DNA from: Bdellovibrionales bacterium
GTDB lineage: Bacteria > Bdellovibrionota > Bdellovibrionia > Bdellovibrionales > UBA1609
Direction: 5' to 3'
DNA length: 64,000 nt
NCBI GenBank assembly: GCA_965203095.1
Contig: OZ241877.1
Location: forward strand, 672,001 to 736,000
This document shows positions 28,580-39,873 of this stretch, piece after piece; the first letter of the stretch is position 1, and the number at the start of each line of letters is the position of its first letter. Under the pieces are notes generated by a model. It was not told the origin of the DNA, did no database searches, and saw only the letters and a list, made by a program, of their open reading frames with translations. The translations under genes and the position numbers were made by a program.

Positions 28580-29191
28580 ATGGATGAACTCCCTTTAAAG
28601 CTTTTAAAACCAATTCACAATTACTTTACTCAATCTAATCAAAGCCTCTGTGTTGTGGAAAGTTGCACAGGAGGTCTGCTTAGCTTTTGGCTCACTCACT
28701 CGCCAGGGGCAAGTCAGTATTTTAAAGGGGCCTTAGTGGCCTACAAAACAGAAGTCAAAATCCAGTTATTAGGGCTTTGTCCCCAAAAAATAAAAAAAGA
28801 TGGACTTTGCACAGTAGATTGTGCTCTATCTATGGCACAAGGTGTTAAAAAGCTCTTAAAGGCCGATTGGGCTGTGGCTGTCACAGGGGTCGCGGGGCCA
28901 TCAAAGGGAGAAAAAGGAGAACCTGTGGGCAAAGTGGCCTTTTCTGTCCTCTCTCATCAAGTGCAAAAAAGCCTTGTTAAGCAATTTGTGGACTCCCGTT
29001 TTCAAGGGAACCCGAAAGCCCGGGGAGCTTTCAGGCAAATCCACAAGAATGATATGGCTGAAAATGAGCAAAAAAGATTGGATTCCCGCTATCAAAGGAA
29101 TGACGAGGCACAAAATAGCGAAAAAAGAAAAGACATACAGCGACAATCTGCTTTTTTTGCTTTAAATTTTCTCATTTCTGAGTTTAAATAG
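28580..29191 (+). CDS. cinA: CinA C-terminal / NMN deamidase (PncC) family, with in-frame repeat insertion
   Basis: [31 protein letters not shown]; lies upstream of recA. Confidence 0.85.
   Translation: MDELPLKLLKPIHNYFTQSNQSLCVVESCTGGLLSFWLTHSPGASQYFKGALVAYKTEVKIQLLGLCPQKIKKDGLCTVDCALSMAQGVKKLLKADWAVAVTGVAGPSKGEKGEPVGKVAFSVLSHQVQKSLVKQFVDSRFQGNPKARGAFRQIHKNDMAENEQKRLDSRYQRNDEAQNSEKRKDIQRQSAFFALNFLISEFK
28989..29105 (-). repeat. Palindromic repeats, in-frame within cinA
   Basis: Reverse complement contains gtcattcctttgatagcgggaatcca and ttgcctgaaagctccccgggctttcgg...gggagtcca. Confidence 0.75.
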
Positions 29192-29240
29192 CTTGTTCTA
29201 TCTTAATGATCACTTAAACATAAATTATCAAGGAGGGCTT

Positions 29241-30290
29241 ATGGCCACAATAGAAAATAAAGAAAAAACCAAAGCTTTGGATTTAGCCATTGCTTCAATA
29301 GAAAGGCAATTTGGCAAAGGCTCAATTATGAAGTTGGGTCAAGGCAAAAGCCTATTTGAGAATGTTCCAGTCTACAGCACAGGTTCCTTAATTTTGGATA
29401 AAGCCTTAGGAATTGGCGGTTTGCCCAAGGGAAGAGTTGTAGAAATTTATGGTCCAGAAAGCTCAGGGAAAACCACCATGGCCCTCAGCACTGCCGCTCA
29501 AGCTCAAAAAGCTGGCGGGGTAGTGGCCTTTGTGGATGCCGAACATGCCTTAGATGTCTCCTACGCCACAAAATTAGGGGTTAAGGTTTCTGATATGTTG
29601 ATTTCTCAGCCAGATACAGGGGAGCAAGCTTTAGAGATTACCGAAACTTTGGTCCGTTCCGGAGCTGTGGATGTTTTGATTGTGGACTCAGTGGCCGCTC
29701 TCACCCCAAAAGCGGAAATTGATGGAGATATGGGGGATTCCCACATGGGCTTGCAAGCACGACTTATGTCACAAGCTTTGCGAAAACTCACAGGCTCTAT
29801 CAACCGTAGTCAAACTTTGGTGATTTTCATCAATCAAATTCGCATGAAAATAGGAGTAATGTTTGGCAATCCAGAAACAACAACTGGAGGAAACGCCCTC
29901 AAATTTTACTCTTCTGTTCGTATGGATGTGCGAAAAATCGCCAGTCTTAAAAAAGGAGATGAGATCATAGGCAACCGCACTTTAGTTAAAGTTGTAAAAA
30001 ACAAAATGGCCCCTCCTTTTACCCGTGCAGAGTTTGATCTTCTTTATAATGAGGGAATCAGCTCTTCTGGGGAAATTTTGGATATGGCCTTAAAAGAGGG
30101 TATTATAGAAAAGTCCGGTGCATGGTTTAGCTTTGAGTCAAAAAAGTTAGGCCAAGGAAGAGAATCCGCTCGACTGGCTATTAAAGAGCGAGCCGATTTG
30201 AGGGCCAAATTACAAAAACTCTTAAGAGAAAAAGGCAAGCCAACAAGTTCTCCTCCTTTAAAAGCCAATTCCTCTGTGAAAAAGCATTGA
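29241..30290 (+). CDS. recA: Recombinase A
   Basis: [45 protein letters not shown]. Confidence 0.98.
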   Translation: MATIENKEKTKALDLAIASIERQFGKGSIMKLGQGKSLFENVPVYSTGSLILDKALGIGGLPKGRVVEIYGPESSGKTTMALSTAAQAQKAGGVVAFVDAEHALDVSYATKLGVKVSDMLISQPDTGEQALEITETLVRSGAVDVLIVDSVAALTPKAEIDGDMGDSHMGLQARLMSQALRKLTGSINRSQTLVIFINQIRMKIGVMFGNPETTTGGNALKFYSSVRMDVRKIASLKKGDEIIGNRTLVKVVKNKMAPPFTRAEFDLLYNEGISSSGEILDMALKEGIIEKSGAWFSFESKKLGQGRESARLAIKERADLRAKLQKLLREKGKPTSSPPLKANSSVKKH

Positions 30291-30350
30291 GCTTTTCTGT
30301 ATAGGGAATGAGGTAAAAAACTCCTCCCTTCCCTTGGTTTTCAAAAAAGC

Positions 30351-31466
30351 ATGAGCGAGAAACTTTCTGATCGAGAGGCCATGAGGCTGGCTATCCTGTC
30401 AGCTGGCAAAGGGCAAGGCTTTGTCTCCCCTAATCCTCCTGTAGGTTGTGTGATATTAGATAAAAACCAACACCTCCTATCTACAGGCTTTTACTCTCAC
30501 TACGGAGGCATTCATGCAGAAATTTCTGCCTTAAATAAAATAAAAGACAAAAAAAGCCTAAAAGGAGGGAGGCTATTTGTGACTCTGGAGCCTTGTGCTC
30601 ACTTTGGGCAAAATCCGCCCTGTGCAGATCAACTAACAAAATACCCCTTAAGTGCCGTGATTTATGGGCAGGAAGACCCTAATCCCTTAACAAAATCCAA
30701 AGGGATAAAAAGACTCCGGCAAAAAAAAGGTCTTTTGGTTAAAAAATCCCCTTTTTTTCAAAAATCTATTCGCCGGCTTTATGAAGCCTTTACCCTCAAT
30801 ATGAAGGAAAACCGGACTTTTTTTGCTCTCAAAATGGCCAGCTCTTTAGATGGAGTGCTGTCCTTAACCCACGGAGAAAGCCAGTGGATCACCAATAAAA
30901 AATCCAGAGCCTTTGCCCTCAATATGAGAAAAAACTATACGGCTATCCTCATCGGGCTGAACACTTTTTTAGAGGATAACCCCCGCCTTAACTATAGAGG
31001 GAAAGGGCCAAAAAGGGCAAACAAAGTCTGCCTCCTCGACCCCTCTGGCAAATCCCTCAAGTTGATCCCTCAATCCCGCTTAGCCTCTGTCCGCTCACTA
31101 AAAGATATTTTTGTAATCACCAGCCCTTCGGCCCCTAAAAATAAAGGCCCTGTCAAAACAATTATAAGCCCTTTTCTGCCTAACCGCCGGCAGTTTGATT
31201 TAAAAGCTTTGAGCAAACAACTCTATAAAGAAAAAATCAGCTCTGTTTTAGTTGAGGGAGGAGGGCACACAATCTCCAGCTTTTTAGAGCAAAATGTGGC
31301 GAAAAGGCTCTATTATTTTATCAGCCCTTGCCTAATAGGCGGGAAAAAAGGGAAATATTGGACAGAAAACCTCTCCCTCCCATCTTTAAGCAAAAAAAAG
31401 CAGTTAAAATTTAAAGAAAACTTATTTTTTGATGAAGATATATTTATAACCGGCATTTTAGACTAA
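30351..31466 (+). CDS. ribD: Riboflavin biosynthesis deaminase/reductase
   Basis: PNPPVGCVI, HAE, TLEPC..PPC, SLDG, LVEGG. Confidence 0.93.
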   Translation: MSEKLSDREAMRLAILSAGKGQGFVSPNPPVGCVILDKNQHLLSTGFYSHYGGIHAEISALNKIKDKKSLKGGRLFVTLEPCAHFGQNPPCADQLTKYPLSAVIYGQEDPNPLTKSKGIKRLRQKKGLLVKKSPFFQKSIRRLYEAFTLNMKENRTFFALKMASSLDGVLSLTHGESQWITNKKSRAFALNMRKNYTAILIGLNTFLEDNPRLNYRGKGPKRANKVCLLDPSGKSLKLIPQSRLASVRSLKDIFVITSPSAPKNKGPVKTIISPFLPNRRQFDLKALSKQLYKEKISSVLVEGGGHTISSFLEQNVAKRLYYFISPCLIGGKKGKYWTENLSLPSLSKKKQLKFKENLFFDEDIFITGILD

Positions 31467-31668
31467 CCAAAACAGGCTGAAAGCCCTGATTTTAAAGGCT
31501 TTGGAATGGAATAGATTTTTAAACCATTTTAACCATTGAGGGGGAGATCTCAAAAGTGCTTGCTTAAGGTATAATTTTTATTGACTTTTTATGGTTTGTA
31601 AAAAATATTAATCTTTGTTTTTGAAGTTTCCGATACTTACTATATAATAGTATATACTAAAGAGTATT

Positions 31669-31878
31669 ATGGAATCATTTGTTCAAAAAGTATCTTTAGA
31701 AGAATATCTTGAGTTAAGAAAAACTTTAGACCTTAATGGTGTTGACAGAATTGGTATGGATAATATATCATCAGGTCTTATAAAAATATATTATAAAACC
31801 CCTCAACCAATAAATTATAAAAAACAAGCTTATATGGTTAACAAATATAAACCAAAAAATATTTTTAGTAATGAGTGA
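31669..31878 (+). CDS. Hypothetical protein
   Basis: AT-rich 69-aa ORF overlapping the next ORF; no motif. Confidence 0.35.
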   Translation: MESFVQKVSLEEYLELRKTLDLNGVDRIGMDNISSGLIKIYYKTPQPINYKKQAYMVNKYKPKNIFSNE

Positions 31879-32202
31879 AATTACAAAAAAAGATAATAAT
31901 AAAAATAAAGAAGCCTTTTTATATGGCCGTTCTGAATCTCCTGAAATAACAAAACAAAAGCTAGATCTGGCAAAATTACAAGATGGAAGAGCTTTTGAAT
32001 ATGCTACAAAAGAACAAACAGAAAGGCATTTGCAGAGAACTCGGGAATGGAGATTCTTATATGTTGTATTTGCATAATTATTTTAGGCAGTGGAATTCTC
32101 TTTTGGACAACAGGAACAGAATATTTGCCAGACTTTTTTAAAGTCGGTTTAGGTGTTATTTCTGGCCTGTCTATTGGCTCAAAGTTTAAGTTTTCAAAGT
32201 AA
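31871..32202 (+). pseudogene. Frameshifted two-TM membrane protein
   Basis: ORF stops at 32077 in the middle of a hydrophobic stretch; an alternative frame continues CIIILGSGILFW...VGLGVISGLSIGSKFKFSK*. Confidence 0.5.
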
Positions 32203-32347
32203 TTGTAAGCACTTTTTATCTTACCCTAAAAAAATAAACCTTAAGTGAGGAGGCTTATAAAGGCTAAACCTAACAAAATTTGAACTTTATTGGGAAAAAC
32301 TGGTAAAAAAATTCAACTGCAAGCTCAAAATTACCGATAAAATAAAT

Positions 32348-34300
32348 ATGGAAACAAACAAAATCAAAGTTCTTGTCCTGGACAACGACCCTCGTTTTTT
32401 AGAGATAATGAAAATCAATTTAGAAAACAAAGATTGCTTTGTCCAGTGTGTCTCTGACCCTTTACAAGCAATGTCCCTTCTCATAAACGAGACTTTTCAT
32501 ATCGCTCTTATTGACTGTGTCTTAGACTCTGGGCAAACAACAGATCTTATACAGGACATTAACGCCATATTGGGAAATTCTGTTGAAATTATAATGATGA
32601 GTGGGATTGTTCCAGAAGGCAGTTTGTCTGACTATGTTGATCAAGGGGGAATCCGTGCCTTCTTGCCCAAACCTATCTCTAACAGAGAACTGGAAGAAAA
32701 CCTGAAAAGAATCAAAGAAAAATATATTTATGGGAACACACAAAATATTTTATTTAAACTGTTTGGGGAAACACTTTCGGAAATACAAATCCTTAAATTT
32801 TTGACATCCTTAAAAAAAGCTAAGGATTATGAGTTTTTTCTCTGTCTCAATGAGGCCCTGCTTTCAAAATCAAATCTTGTTATCCAATTTCAGATAAACA
32901 ATACAAACCACAAAATTTTATGCAATGAGGGCGTAATCATCGATTATGAAAGCAATAACTCAAACGATTTTTTAAACAAACTTTTAGCTAAAAAAATTAT
33001 TGAAGATTCAGACACAAACTCTATTAGAAATCAAACACAAAAGGAGCAGTGTCAAATTTTACTAAAAAAATTTTTAATTAGCCATGGACAAGTTTTAGAA
33101 ACAAAATATGACTTACTGATTGAAACTTTAAAACAAATTGTCCCTGGCATGGATATAAATATAACTGTCCAACTTGGGCAAAATCATCAAGCAAAATCTC
33201 TTCCGCTGTTAAGCCAAAGCGAATTTGCAGACTTAACTTTTCTCCTTTTAAACCAAAAATTCAAAAATCATCTGTATTCTATATTTGATAAAGAGGTTAT
33301 GAAAACCTATTTAATTTTTGAGAAAACCTCTGCCAAGTATCTCCCAGAATCTGAGGCCCTTTTGAGTAGCTTAAAGTCCGGCATGAATATTACAGGAGCT
33401 TATGACAAACACAAAAATGACAAATCCTTCTTTTGTCTTTTTATTTACATTCTATTAAAAGGAAATGTTAAATTATCCGTTAAGGGTGCAAATATGAAGT
33501 ATTATTTTCTCTATGAGAGATATAAAAGTTTTAATAAATTTATTCAAAGGATTGATGAGCCTACAAACTTGTTTATAAAGATGAGCGGGTTCCCTGATGA
33601 ATATCGCATAACACCAGATGAAGTTAAAAAAGCTTATTTTCATTTTTTAAAACATAATCATGTAGATACTCTTCCTCAAGATATTCCAAAAGATTTACAA
33701 AAATCAATCAATTTACTCATTCAAAAAATACAAAGGTTTTATGAGGATATTTGTAATTCTGATTCTAAATTAAGACAAGATAAAAAAGAAAAAAAGGAGA
33801 GAGTGAAACAAGAGATCCTTTTAGCTGAAAAGAGAAAGATTTGTGAAAGATTTTTAGAAGATCACCAATACCAAAAAGCATTTTCTTTAATAAAAACTAT
33901 ACCGGAAAAAACAATGAATGAAGAAATTCACTGGCAAATGCTTTTTTTATGGCTTCATTTTAAAAATAAAGATCGCACAATTGATATAGATCAAAACACA
34001 GTCACTAAATACATGAAAAATATCCAATCCAATGTGAGAGATTTAAATAAAAATAAATTTTATCAGTATATTTTAGGATTATATTATGAAAACAAACAAA
34101 AATGGGAACAAGCTAAACTTTGTTTTGAAAAAACAAAGTTATTAGATCCCTCTTTTCAGCCTTGTTATTCAGCTATTAAAAAAAGCTCTCTTTGGATTTT
34201 GAAAAACAAAAAAAAAGAGCAGTCGTTTATGGATAAACTTCAATCCTTTTCCCTCGATCAAATAAAAAAACATATAAAAAAAAGAAAAAAAGCAGGTTAA
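32348..34300 (+). CDS. Response regulator with degenerate J-like domain and C-terminal TPR
   Basis: VLVLDND, IALID, MMSG, FLPKP (REC); EVKKAY..LKHNHVD (J-like, HPD changed to HVD); LGLYY..WEQAKLCFEK..LLDP (TPR). Confidence 0.75.
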   Translation: METNKIKVLVLDNDPRFLEIMKINLENKDCFVQCVSDPLQAMSLLINETFHIALIDCVLDSGQTTDLIQDINAILGNSVEIIMMSGIVPEGSLSDYVDQGGIRAFLPKPISNRELEENLKRIKEKYIYGNTQNILFKLFGETLSEIQILKFLTSLKKAKDYEFFLCLNEALLSKSNLVIQFQINNTNHKILCNEGVIIDYESNNSNDFLNKLLAKKIIEDSDTNSIRNQTQKEQCQILLKKFLISHGQVLETKYDLLIETLKQIVPGMDINITVQLGQNHQAKSLPLLSQSEFADLTFLLLNQKFKNHLYSIFDKEVMKTYLIFEKTSAKYLPESEALLSSLKSGMNITGAYDKHKNDKSFFCLFIYILLKGNVKLSVKGANMKYYFLYERYKSFNKFIQRIDEPTNLFIKMSGFPDEYRITPDEVKKAYFHFLKHNHVDTLPQDIPKDLQKSINLLIQKIQRFYEDICNSDSKLRQDKKEKKERVKQEILLAEKRKICERFLEDHQYQKAFSLIKTIPEKTMNEEIHWQMLFLWLHFKNKDRTIDIDQNTVTKYMKNIQSNVRDLNKNKFYQYILGLYYENKQKWEQAKLCFEKTKLLDPSFQPCYSAIKKSSLWILKNKKKEQSFMDKLQSFSLDQIKKHIKKRKKAG

Positions 34301-35019
34301 TCCCGACTGGTTAAGTTTAAAACAATTCCATCCTCTATCAATCTTTGAACACTTGCAGGTGGGGGTGAAAAGGGGGCCGAGCTTTCCACAGTTTTTAAAA
34401 CTTTACTATCAAACAGATCGTTTCCAGAAGAGATAAGGATTTGCTTTTCAATAAGCTCTCCTTTGTTATTTATTTTGATTTCAATTTGAGCTGTCAAAAA
34501 CGAATCCATAAGGTGTTGAGGCAAGTTCCAATAAGAGTGAATCTGATTCCTTACAATGTTATTATACATTTCAATTTCTAATAGTTGGCCTTTACTTAAA
34601 TCTTGTCCTTTATCCGCTCCCTCAGATTTCTGGTTGCCTTTTCTTTCCACTGTTTTTTTAGTTTGGTTTTGTTTTTTGCTTTTACTTTTTTTTATTATCT
34701 TTTTGGCTTTAGGCTTCTTTTTGAGTTTTTGTTTTTTAGATTGAGTCAATTTGTTTTCTGGTTTTTTTATTTTTGGCTTAAAGGACGGTTTTTCAACAGT
34801 CTCTTCTTCAAACTCTTCTTTTGGTTGAAAATCGGGAAGAGCTACAGTATCCACACGAATAGACATTGGAGCTATTTTTTGTGGTTTTTTTTCAAAAAAA
34901 AGCTGGATAAAGTTTTTTGATCCTATAAAAAAAAGAATAGCAAAAACATGAAAAACCAAAGAAAGAGCAAAAAACCAAAAGAACTCTGCCCGCTCTTTTT
35001 TTTGAAATGCCTTTTTCAT
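34297..35019 (-). CDS. tolA: TolA/TonB family protein
   Basis: ALSLVFH TM motif, K-rich linker, SSGNDLFD..AP.PPP C-terminus; in an operon with tolQR. Confidence 0.75.
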   Translation of the reverse strand: MKKAFQKKERAEFFWFFALSLVFHVFAILFFIGSKNFIQLFFEKKPQKIAPMSIRVDTVALPDFQPKEEFEEETVEKPSFKPKIKKPENKLTQSKKQKLKKKPKAKKIIKKSKSKKQNQTKKTVERKGNQKSEGADKGQDLSKGQLLEIEMYNNIVRNQIHSYWNLPQHLMDSFLTAQIEIKINNKGELIEKQILISSGNDLFDSKVLKTVESSAPFSPPPASVQRLIEDGIVLNLTSRD

Positions 35020-35027
35020 GCTTTTGT

Positions 35028-35444
35028 TTATTTAGCCACTGTGACAAGATGAACATTCTGAATGCCACTGGATTTAATCTCACCTAATGTTTGAGCCACA
35101 AAACCATAAGGTGTTAATTTGTCCGCTTGCAGATAAACAGCTAACCCCGGCCTGTGCTCAAATAAAGCTTTTAATTTATCAGACAAATGATGAAAGGGGA
35201 TTTGACTATCACCAATATAAATTTGTTTATCTTTTGTGATCTGTAAAATAAAAGGTTCTTTTGAAATAGCAGAACCAGAGGCTTTGGTTTGAGGGAGAGA
35301 AATAGCTATCCCCTGTTTCAGCATAGGGGCTGTAGCCATAAATATAATGAGCAAAACAAGCATGACATCCACAAAAGGAGTCACATTGATTTCGCTAAGC
35401 AGACGCCCTCTTTTCCCCTCTGAAGTGGCCATTGGAGCATTCAT
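35028..35444 (-). CDS. tolR: TolR/ExbD
   Basis: [27 protein letters not shown]. Confidence 0.9.
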   Translation of the reverse strand: MNAPMATSEGKRGRLLSEINVTPFVDVMLVLLIIFMATAPMLKQGIAISLPQTKASGSAISKEPFILQITKDKQIYIGDSQIPFHHLSDKLKALFEHRPGLAVYLQADKLTPYGFVAQTLGEIKSSGIQNVHLVTVAK

Positions 35445-36280
35445 ATATCTTTATCCTCATCCTGAAAAAAATTTCTTTTAGCAATATTTAAAAAATCCAC
35501 TATGAAATTATTAAACATCAGATCAAATTTTCGGATTTGAGTTAAAAAGCTATTATAAAAAATAGACGCAGGAATGGCGGCAAATAAGCCAATACCTGTA
35601 GCTAAAAGAGCCTCGGCAATGCCAGGAGCCACCACATTTAAACTGGCTGAACCCATCACTGCAATTTTATTAAAAGAGCTCATAATTCCAAAAACAGTTC
35701 CAAAAAGTCCAATAAATGGACCGCTACCAGCCACAGTGGCTAAAAAGCCCAAGCCATTCTCCATTAAGGATAGCTCGGTTTGGCTGGCTTTTCTTAAAGC
35801 TCTTTGGACATTATCTAAACCTCTTAAAGAGGGAATAGCACTTTGATGAGAATTGTTTTTGACATTTTTTTGCATTTCATTGTAGCCCTCAATAAAAATT
35901 TGAGATAAAGGGCTGGACTCGTTAGAGCGAGCTTTGCCGTAAATATCCTCAAAAGAACCGTCTTTTAAAAAAACATCCTCTAAGGGAATCGTGGATTTTT
36001 TTATCCCTCTAAAGAAAAAATATTTTTGAAAAATAATAGCCCATGAAACCACAGACATGACAATTAAAATCAAAAAAGTGATTTGAACAATCAGGCTGGC
36101 CGACAAAATAGCGGATAAAAAATTCAGACCAGAGGGAGGAGCAGTGTTTTCCATAAGCTCTTCGGAAACAGCAATCCATGGGAACAAAAGGACGACCCCC
36201 TTCAGCCCTTGGCTCCAAAACTTCCAAAAAAAACTTAAAACTTGTGCCAACACAGCTTTTTCTCGGTTGAAAATCCACAT
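35441..36280 (-). CDS. tolQ: TolQ/ExbB proton channel
   Basis: [36 protein letters not shown]; start uncertain. Confidence 0.9.
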   Translation of the reverse strand: MWIFNREKAVLAQVLSFFWKFWSQGLKGVVLLFPWIAVSEELMENTAPPSGLNFLSAILSASLIVQITFLILIVMSVVSWAIIFQKYFFFRGIKKSTIPLEDVFLKDGSFEDIYGKARSNESSPLSQIFIEGYNEMQKNVKNNSHQSAIPSLRGLDNVQRALRKASQTELSLMENGLGFLATVAGSGPFIGLFGTVFGIMSSFNKIAVMGSASLNVVAPGIAEALLATGIGLFAAIPASIFYNSFLTQIRKFDLMFNNFIVDFLNIAKRNFFQDEDKDI

Positions 36281-36384
36281 GATGGAAAAGCCACTATGAA
36301 TTTACACAAAATCAGTATAAAATTCAACTAAAAATAAAGCAAGCCCTTTTTGCTTTAAATATCAAAAACTTGTAATATATAAAA

Positions 36385-38505
36385 ATGAGTTATTTTTGGT
36401 TTTTACTATGGCTTATCTCTCCTTTTATAGCGATTAGTGAAAACAACCTGTTAGGCAAAAAGCCTTTTTCCAGCCTTGATAAAGCACAAACTCGCCCTAA
36501 AAAGCAATGGCTTGAACCATCGCACAATACGCACGATAAAGCCCTATCGGATAAAGAGAAGGGGTTTAAGCCGAGCTTAATAAGCCCTCATCAGGTTAAA
36601 AAAGGCTCTGCTTTTTTAGCTGGTATCTATGTTCAAATGCCTCCGGGTTGGCACAGTTATTGGTCTTTTGCTGGAGATTTTGGCCAAGCCCCACAAATTT
36701 TATTCGATCCTTTAGAACATGTTCAATTCCGGCTTTTGCCCTTCCCTACCCCTAAGAGAAAACTTTTCCCCATTAACAAAAAACCGGCTTATAGCTTTGT
36801 TTATGAAAAGGAATTTCTCATCCCTTTTGAGGTTTTTATAGAAGAAAGTTATCCGGACACAAGTCTCCCTCTGGATTTAAACCTCCGTTGGTTTGTTTGT
36901 AAAGATGTTTGTTTCCCTAAAGAAAATAAGCTCACTTTAGATTTAAAAATAGGTTCTTCCTTTAAAACTCATTCAGAAACAAAAAAGATCTTTGATTTTT
37001 ACAAGCCACTATTTCCTCAATCTCTTCATTTAGAAAGCCACTATGTGAATAGGGACTCTTATCAAATTCTTCATTTTGCTTTTAAAGAAAAGGAGATCCA
37101 ATGTGTGGATGTTTTCCCTTTAAAGGCGATGGATTTTTCCACAACTAAGCCAAGCTTTTTGAAGGGACAGCCCTACTCTTGCTCCTTTCAAGTGAAAAAG
37201 TCCCATTCCCCCCCTCCCTACCTTTCCGGGCTATTGCTTTATTCTCAAAAGGGGGAAACTCGCTCCACTTTGTTTCAATCCCACAAAAGGCAAGGCTTAA
37301 TTTTTTGGTTCGCCCTCATGGCTTTTATTGGTGGTTTGCTTTTAAATATTATGCCTTGTGTTTTGCCTATAATCTTCCTCAAGTTTTACAGCATTTTTGA
37401 GTTTAAGAGTTTGCAACCAAAAAAGATTCTCTTTTTAAATTTGAGCTATGTTTTTGGCATATTGTCCTCCTTTTTACTTCTGGCCTTTGTGGTGTTTTTC
37501 TCCAAACAGGCGGGGGAGAGCCTGGGCTGGGGTTTTCATCTTCAATCCCCTGTTTTTGTATTGTTTTTGGCTTTTCTTTTTGTTTTTATGGCTTTTTGTT
37601 TTTTAGATAAAGTGTCTTTCCCCTCTGTAAAAGCTCCTCTTTTGTTTAAAAGCCAGAAGGCATTCCCTCATTTTTTAACTGGTGTTTTATCCACTACATC
37701 AGCTTCCCCTTGCACAGTTCCTTTTATGGCCTCAGCAGTGGGTTTTGCTTTTTCCAGAAGTTATATAGAGGTTTTTGTAATTTTCCTCTTTTTAGGTTTG
37801 GGTTTGAGCACGCCTTATTTGATTCTTTCCTTTTTTCCGGGGTTTTTAAAATATGTCCCCCGGCCTGGGCACTGGACAGAGAAGTTTAAACATTGGCTTT
37901 CCCTCCCTTTGTTTTTGACAGCTCTTTGGCTTATTTGGATTCTTTATTTGCAAGTGGATTTTAAGCTTTTTTTGCTCAGCTTAACTATTTTCCCTCTTCT
38001 TTGGTTGTGGATTTTCCTGCAAAATTTTGTTTCATCTTACCCTACAAAAAGGATCTTAAACTTTATTTTTGCTTTTTTAGCTATAGTTTTTTTTATTGGG
38101 CAAAGCCTTTTTTTTCGTGAAGGGAAAGCTTTAAAGCCTGTGCGACCACCAGCTCAAAAAAGTTTGAACTGGAACGATTTTGAAAAAGAGAAGATTTTAT
38201 TTGACAAACAAACTGGTAAAAATATTTTGGTTGTGTTTGGGGCAGAATGGTGTCTCACCTGCAAGCTCAATGAGAGAATATTTCACTCACAGGAGTTTAA
38301 AAAATGGACTCAAAAAAATCAAATTCATCTTTACTATGGGGATTGGACCAGTCAGAATCCAGAAATGACTCAATTTCTTGAAAGCTATGGCCAGGCAGGG
38401 GTTCCTTTTTATATTTTTTTTCAAGGAGAGGAAAAGTTTTTTATTTTTCCCACTCTTTTGTTTAAAGATTCGTTTTTAAAGGATTTAAAAAGGCTTTCTC
38501 AATAA
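36385..38505 (+). CDS. dsbD: DsbD-family protein-disulfide reductase
   Basis: GWHSYW, VCKDVC, LNIMPCVLP, SPCTVPF, WCLTC thioredoxin motif. Confidence 0.88.
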   Translation: MSYFWFLLWLISPFIAISENNLLGKKPFSSLDKAQTRPKKQWLEPSHNTHDKALSDKEKGFKPSLISPHQVKKGSAFLAGIYVQMPPGWHSYWSFAGDFGQAPQILFDPLEHVQFRLLPFPTPKRKLFPINKKPAYSFVYEKEFLIPFEVFIEESYPDTSLPLDLNLRWFVCKDVCFPKENKLTLDLKIGSSFKTHSETKKIFDFYKPLFPQSLHLESHYVNRDSYQILHFAFKEKEIQCVDVFPLKAMDFSTTKPSFLKGQPYSCSFQVKKSHSPPPYLSGLLLYSQKGETRSTLFQSHKRQGLIFWFALMAFIGGLLLNIMPCVLPIIFLKFYSIFEFKSLQPKKILFLNLSYVFGILSSFLLLAFVVFFSKQAGESLGWGFHLQSPVFVLFLAFLFVFMAFCFLDKVSFPSVKAPLLFKSQKAFPHFLTGVLSTTSASPCTVPFMASAVGFAFSRSYIEVFVIFLFLGLGLSTPYLILSFFPGFLKYVPRPGHWTEKFKHWLSLPLFLTALWLIWILYLQVDFKLFLLSLTIFPLLWLWIFLQNFVSSYPTKRILNFIFAFLAIVFFIGQSLFFREGKALKPVRPPAQKSLNWNDFEKEKILFDKQTGKNILVVFGAEWCLTCKLNERIFHSQEFKKWTQKNQIHLYYGDWTSQNPEMTQFLESYGQAGVPFYIFFQGEEKFFIFPTLLFKDSFLKDLKRLSQ

Positions 38506-38513
38506 TAAATGAT

Positions 38514-39869
38514 ATGGAAAACAGTTTTTATTTATGTCAAAATTGTGCTTGGGAAGGATCTAAGTGGCATGGCCGTTGCCCGCAATGCCAAGCTTGGAAC
38601 ACTGTTGTAGAGGAGTTTAAGCCCCTCAAAGGGGAAGGCAAAAGGCTCAAAGTTTATAACAGGGAAAAGGGGGATAAGCCTCTTCCTTTTTCCGAAATTC
38701 AAGCTCAGTCTCTTGAGCTTTTTTCTTCTGGACTTAAGGAGTTTGACAAAACATTGGGCGGGGGCTTAGCACCGGGAGCTTTTGTTTTGCTTGGCGGATC
38801 TCCCGGTGTGGGCAAAAGCACTCTTTTATTGCAGGTTTGCGGGCATATTGCTAAAAGTCAAAAAAAGGTTTTATATATTTCCGCTGAGGAGAATCCATCT
38901 CAAACGGCTTTGAGAGCTCGCCGGTTAGATATAGATAACTCTCATCTTTTATTTTTTAGCGAAAGCTCTGTGGAGGAAATTTTATTTCAGGCAGAGAGGG
39001 AAAAGCCAAAGCTTTTAATTGTGGATTCTATTCAAACAGTCTATTTAAAAAGTTTAGCTTCTGCTCCAGGAACTGTATCTCAGGTAAGGGAGTGTGCCGG
39101 CCTTTTAATGAGTTATGCCAAAACCCATGGTGTCACCGTAATTATTGTAGGGCATGTGACGAAAGATGGAAGTCTGGCCGGCCCCAGAGTTTTGGAGCAT
39201 CTTGTAGATACTGTGCTCTCTATTGAGGGGGAGAGCGAAAGCCAGTGCCGGATTTTGCGTTCTGGCAAAAATCGTTTCGGCCCAACAAATGAAATAGCTG
39301 TTTTTGAAATGCATGAAGAGGGGCTAAAGGAAGTGGCTAATCCCTCTCAGTTTTTTTTGGGAGAGCGGTTAAAGGATCCCATAGGCTCTGCTGTATTTCC
39401 GGCAGTGAAGGGAAGTCGCCCTTTGCTTTGTGAGATTCAATCCTTGACCACAGTCTCTTATCTCTCTATCCCACGAAGGGCCTGTGTGGGTTTGGATATG
39501 AATCGAATTTATATGTTAGGGGCGGTTTTAGACAAATATATCAATATTGATTTGGGAAAAAGAGATCTGTTTGTCAATCTCACTGGGGGATTAAAAATTA
39601 CGGAGCCGGCCAGTGATTTGGCTGTGGCTGTCTCTATCCTATCCTCTCGCTATAAAAAACCTGTGGATTCAAAAAGCTGTTTTTTTGCTGAAATTGGTTT
39701 GACGGGAGAGTTGAGGTCTTGTCGTTTTGCCTTTGAGAGAGTGAGTGAGGCGGAAAAGATGGGCTTTAAACAAGCTTATTTGCCTAAAAGTTTGGAGTCG
39801 ATTTTTAAAAAAAAGAAGGTCCGCCTCAAACTGAATTTTAAAAGTCATATAGAAGAGTTTAAACCCTGA
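38514..39869 (+). CDS. radA: DNA repair protein RadA/Sms
   Basis: CxxC..CxxC, GSPGVGKST, KNRFG, GLTGE. Confidence 0.96.
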   Translation: MENSFYLCQNCAWEGSKWHGRCPQCQAWNTVVEEFKPLKGEGKRLKVYNREKGDKPLPFSEIQAQSLELFSSGLKEFDKTLGGGLAPGAFVLLGGSPGVGKSTLLLQVCGHIAKSQKKVLYISAEENPSQTALRARRLDIDNSHLLFFSESSVEEILFQAEREKPKLLIVDSIQTVYLKSLASAPGTVSQVRECAGLLMSYAKTHGVTVIIVGHVTKDGSLAGPRVLEHLVDTVLSIEGESESQCRILRSGKNRFGPTNEIAVFEMHEEGLKEVANPSQFFLGERLKDPIGSAVFPAVKGSRPLLCEIQSLTTVSYLSIPRRACVGLDMNRIYMLGAVLDKYINIDLGKRDLFVNLTGGLKITEPASDLAVAVSILSSRYKKPVDSKSCFFAEIGLTGELRSCRFAFERVSEAEKMGFKQAYLPKSLESIFKKKKVRLKLNFKSHIEEFKP

Positions 39870-39873
39870 GCTT

